Below, piece after piece: positions 63,949 through 64,000 of a DNA stretch of 64,000 nt. Position 1 is the first letter of the stretch. The number at the start of each line of letters is the position of its first letter. A model generated the notes under the pieces. That model saw nothing but the letters and a program-made list of their open reading frames with translations. It made no database searches and had not been told where the DNA came from. Made by a program: the position numbers and the translations under genes. This stretch comes from Harriotta raleighana (taxonomy: Eukaryota), in contig JBNZDD010013718.1 of NCBI GenBank assembly GCA_050575255.1, forward strand, positions 3,157,098 to 3,221,097. Reading direction: 5' to 3'.

Positions 63949-64000
63949 TGAGTGTGAGCGTTCCATTCTAAACAAAGTGAAATGACATGTATAGGTGGTA

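Noticed and set aside
1-64000. Orientation bias of retroelements as evidence for the host-gene strand, and known miRNA, snoRNA or CRISPR-like arrays
   Set aside because: My rough tally shows only a slight minus-strand excess, which is not convincing. By eye I saw no known small-RNA sequence or regularly spaced repeat array, though an Rfam/miRBase search is needed to exclude them.

Overview
AT-rich eukaryotic (vertebrate) non-coding DNA. I found no intact protein-coding gene, rRNA, functional tRNA, CRISPR array or prokaryotic operon, and the ORF track is mostly chance ORFs or pieces of decayed retroelements. The window is littered with short, diverged retroelement fragments: L2 LINEs, CR1 LINEs, Deu-domain SINEs with L2-derived tails, several copies of an older SINE resembling AmnSINE2, one tRNA-derived SINE head and a probable Penelope GIY-YIG relic. 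This mix suggests a cartilaginous fish, possibly a chimaera (inference from remembered consensus sequences, not a search). Between the repeats are repeat-poor blocks with developmental transcription-factor motifs, as expected in a gene desert or giant intron of a developmental/neural gene. There is also one candidate plus-strand promoter and first exon (~44.8-45.2 kb). Three single-N gaps are flanked by near-identical duplicated sequence and are probably assembly overlaps. I could not support a new biological system. The best leads are tail-only L2 insertions and a SINE tail swap, candidate enhancers, the candidate first exon, and weak candidate recursive splice sites. Repeat boundaries were set by eye and are approximate.
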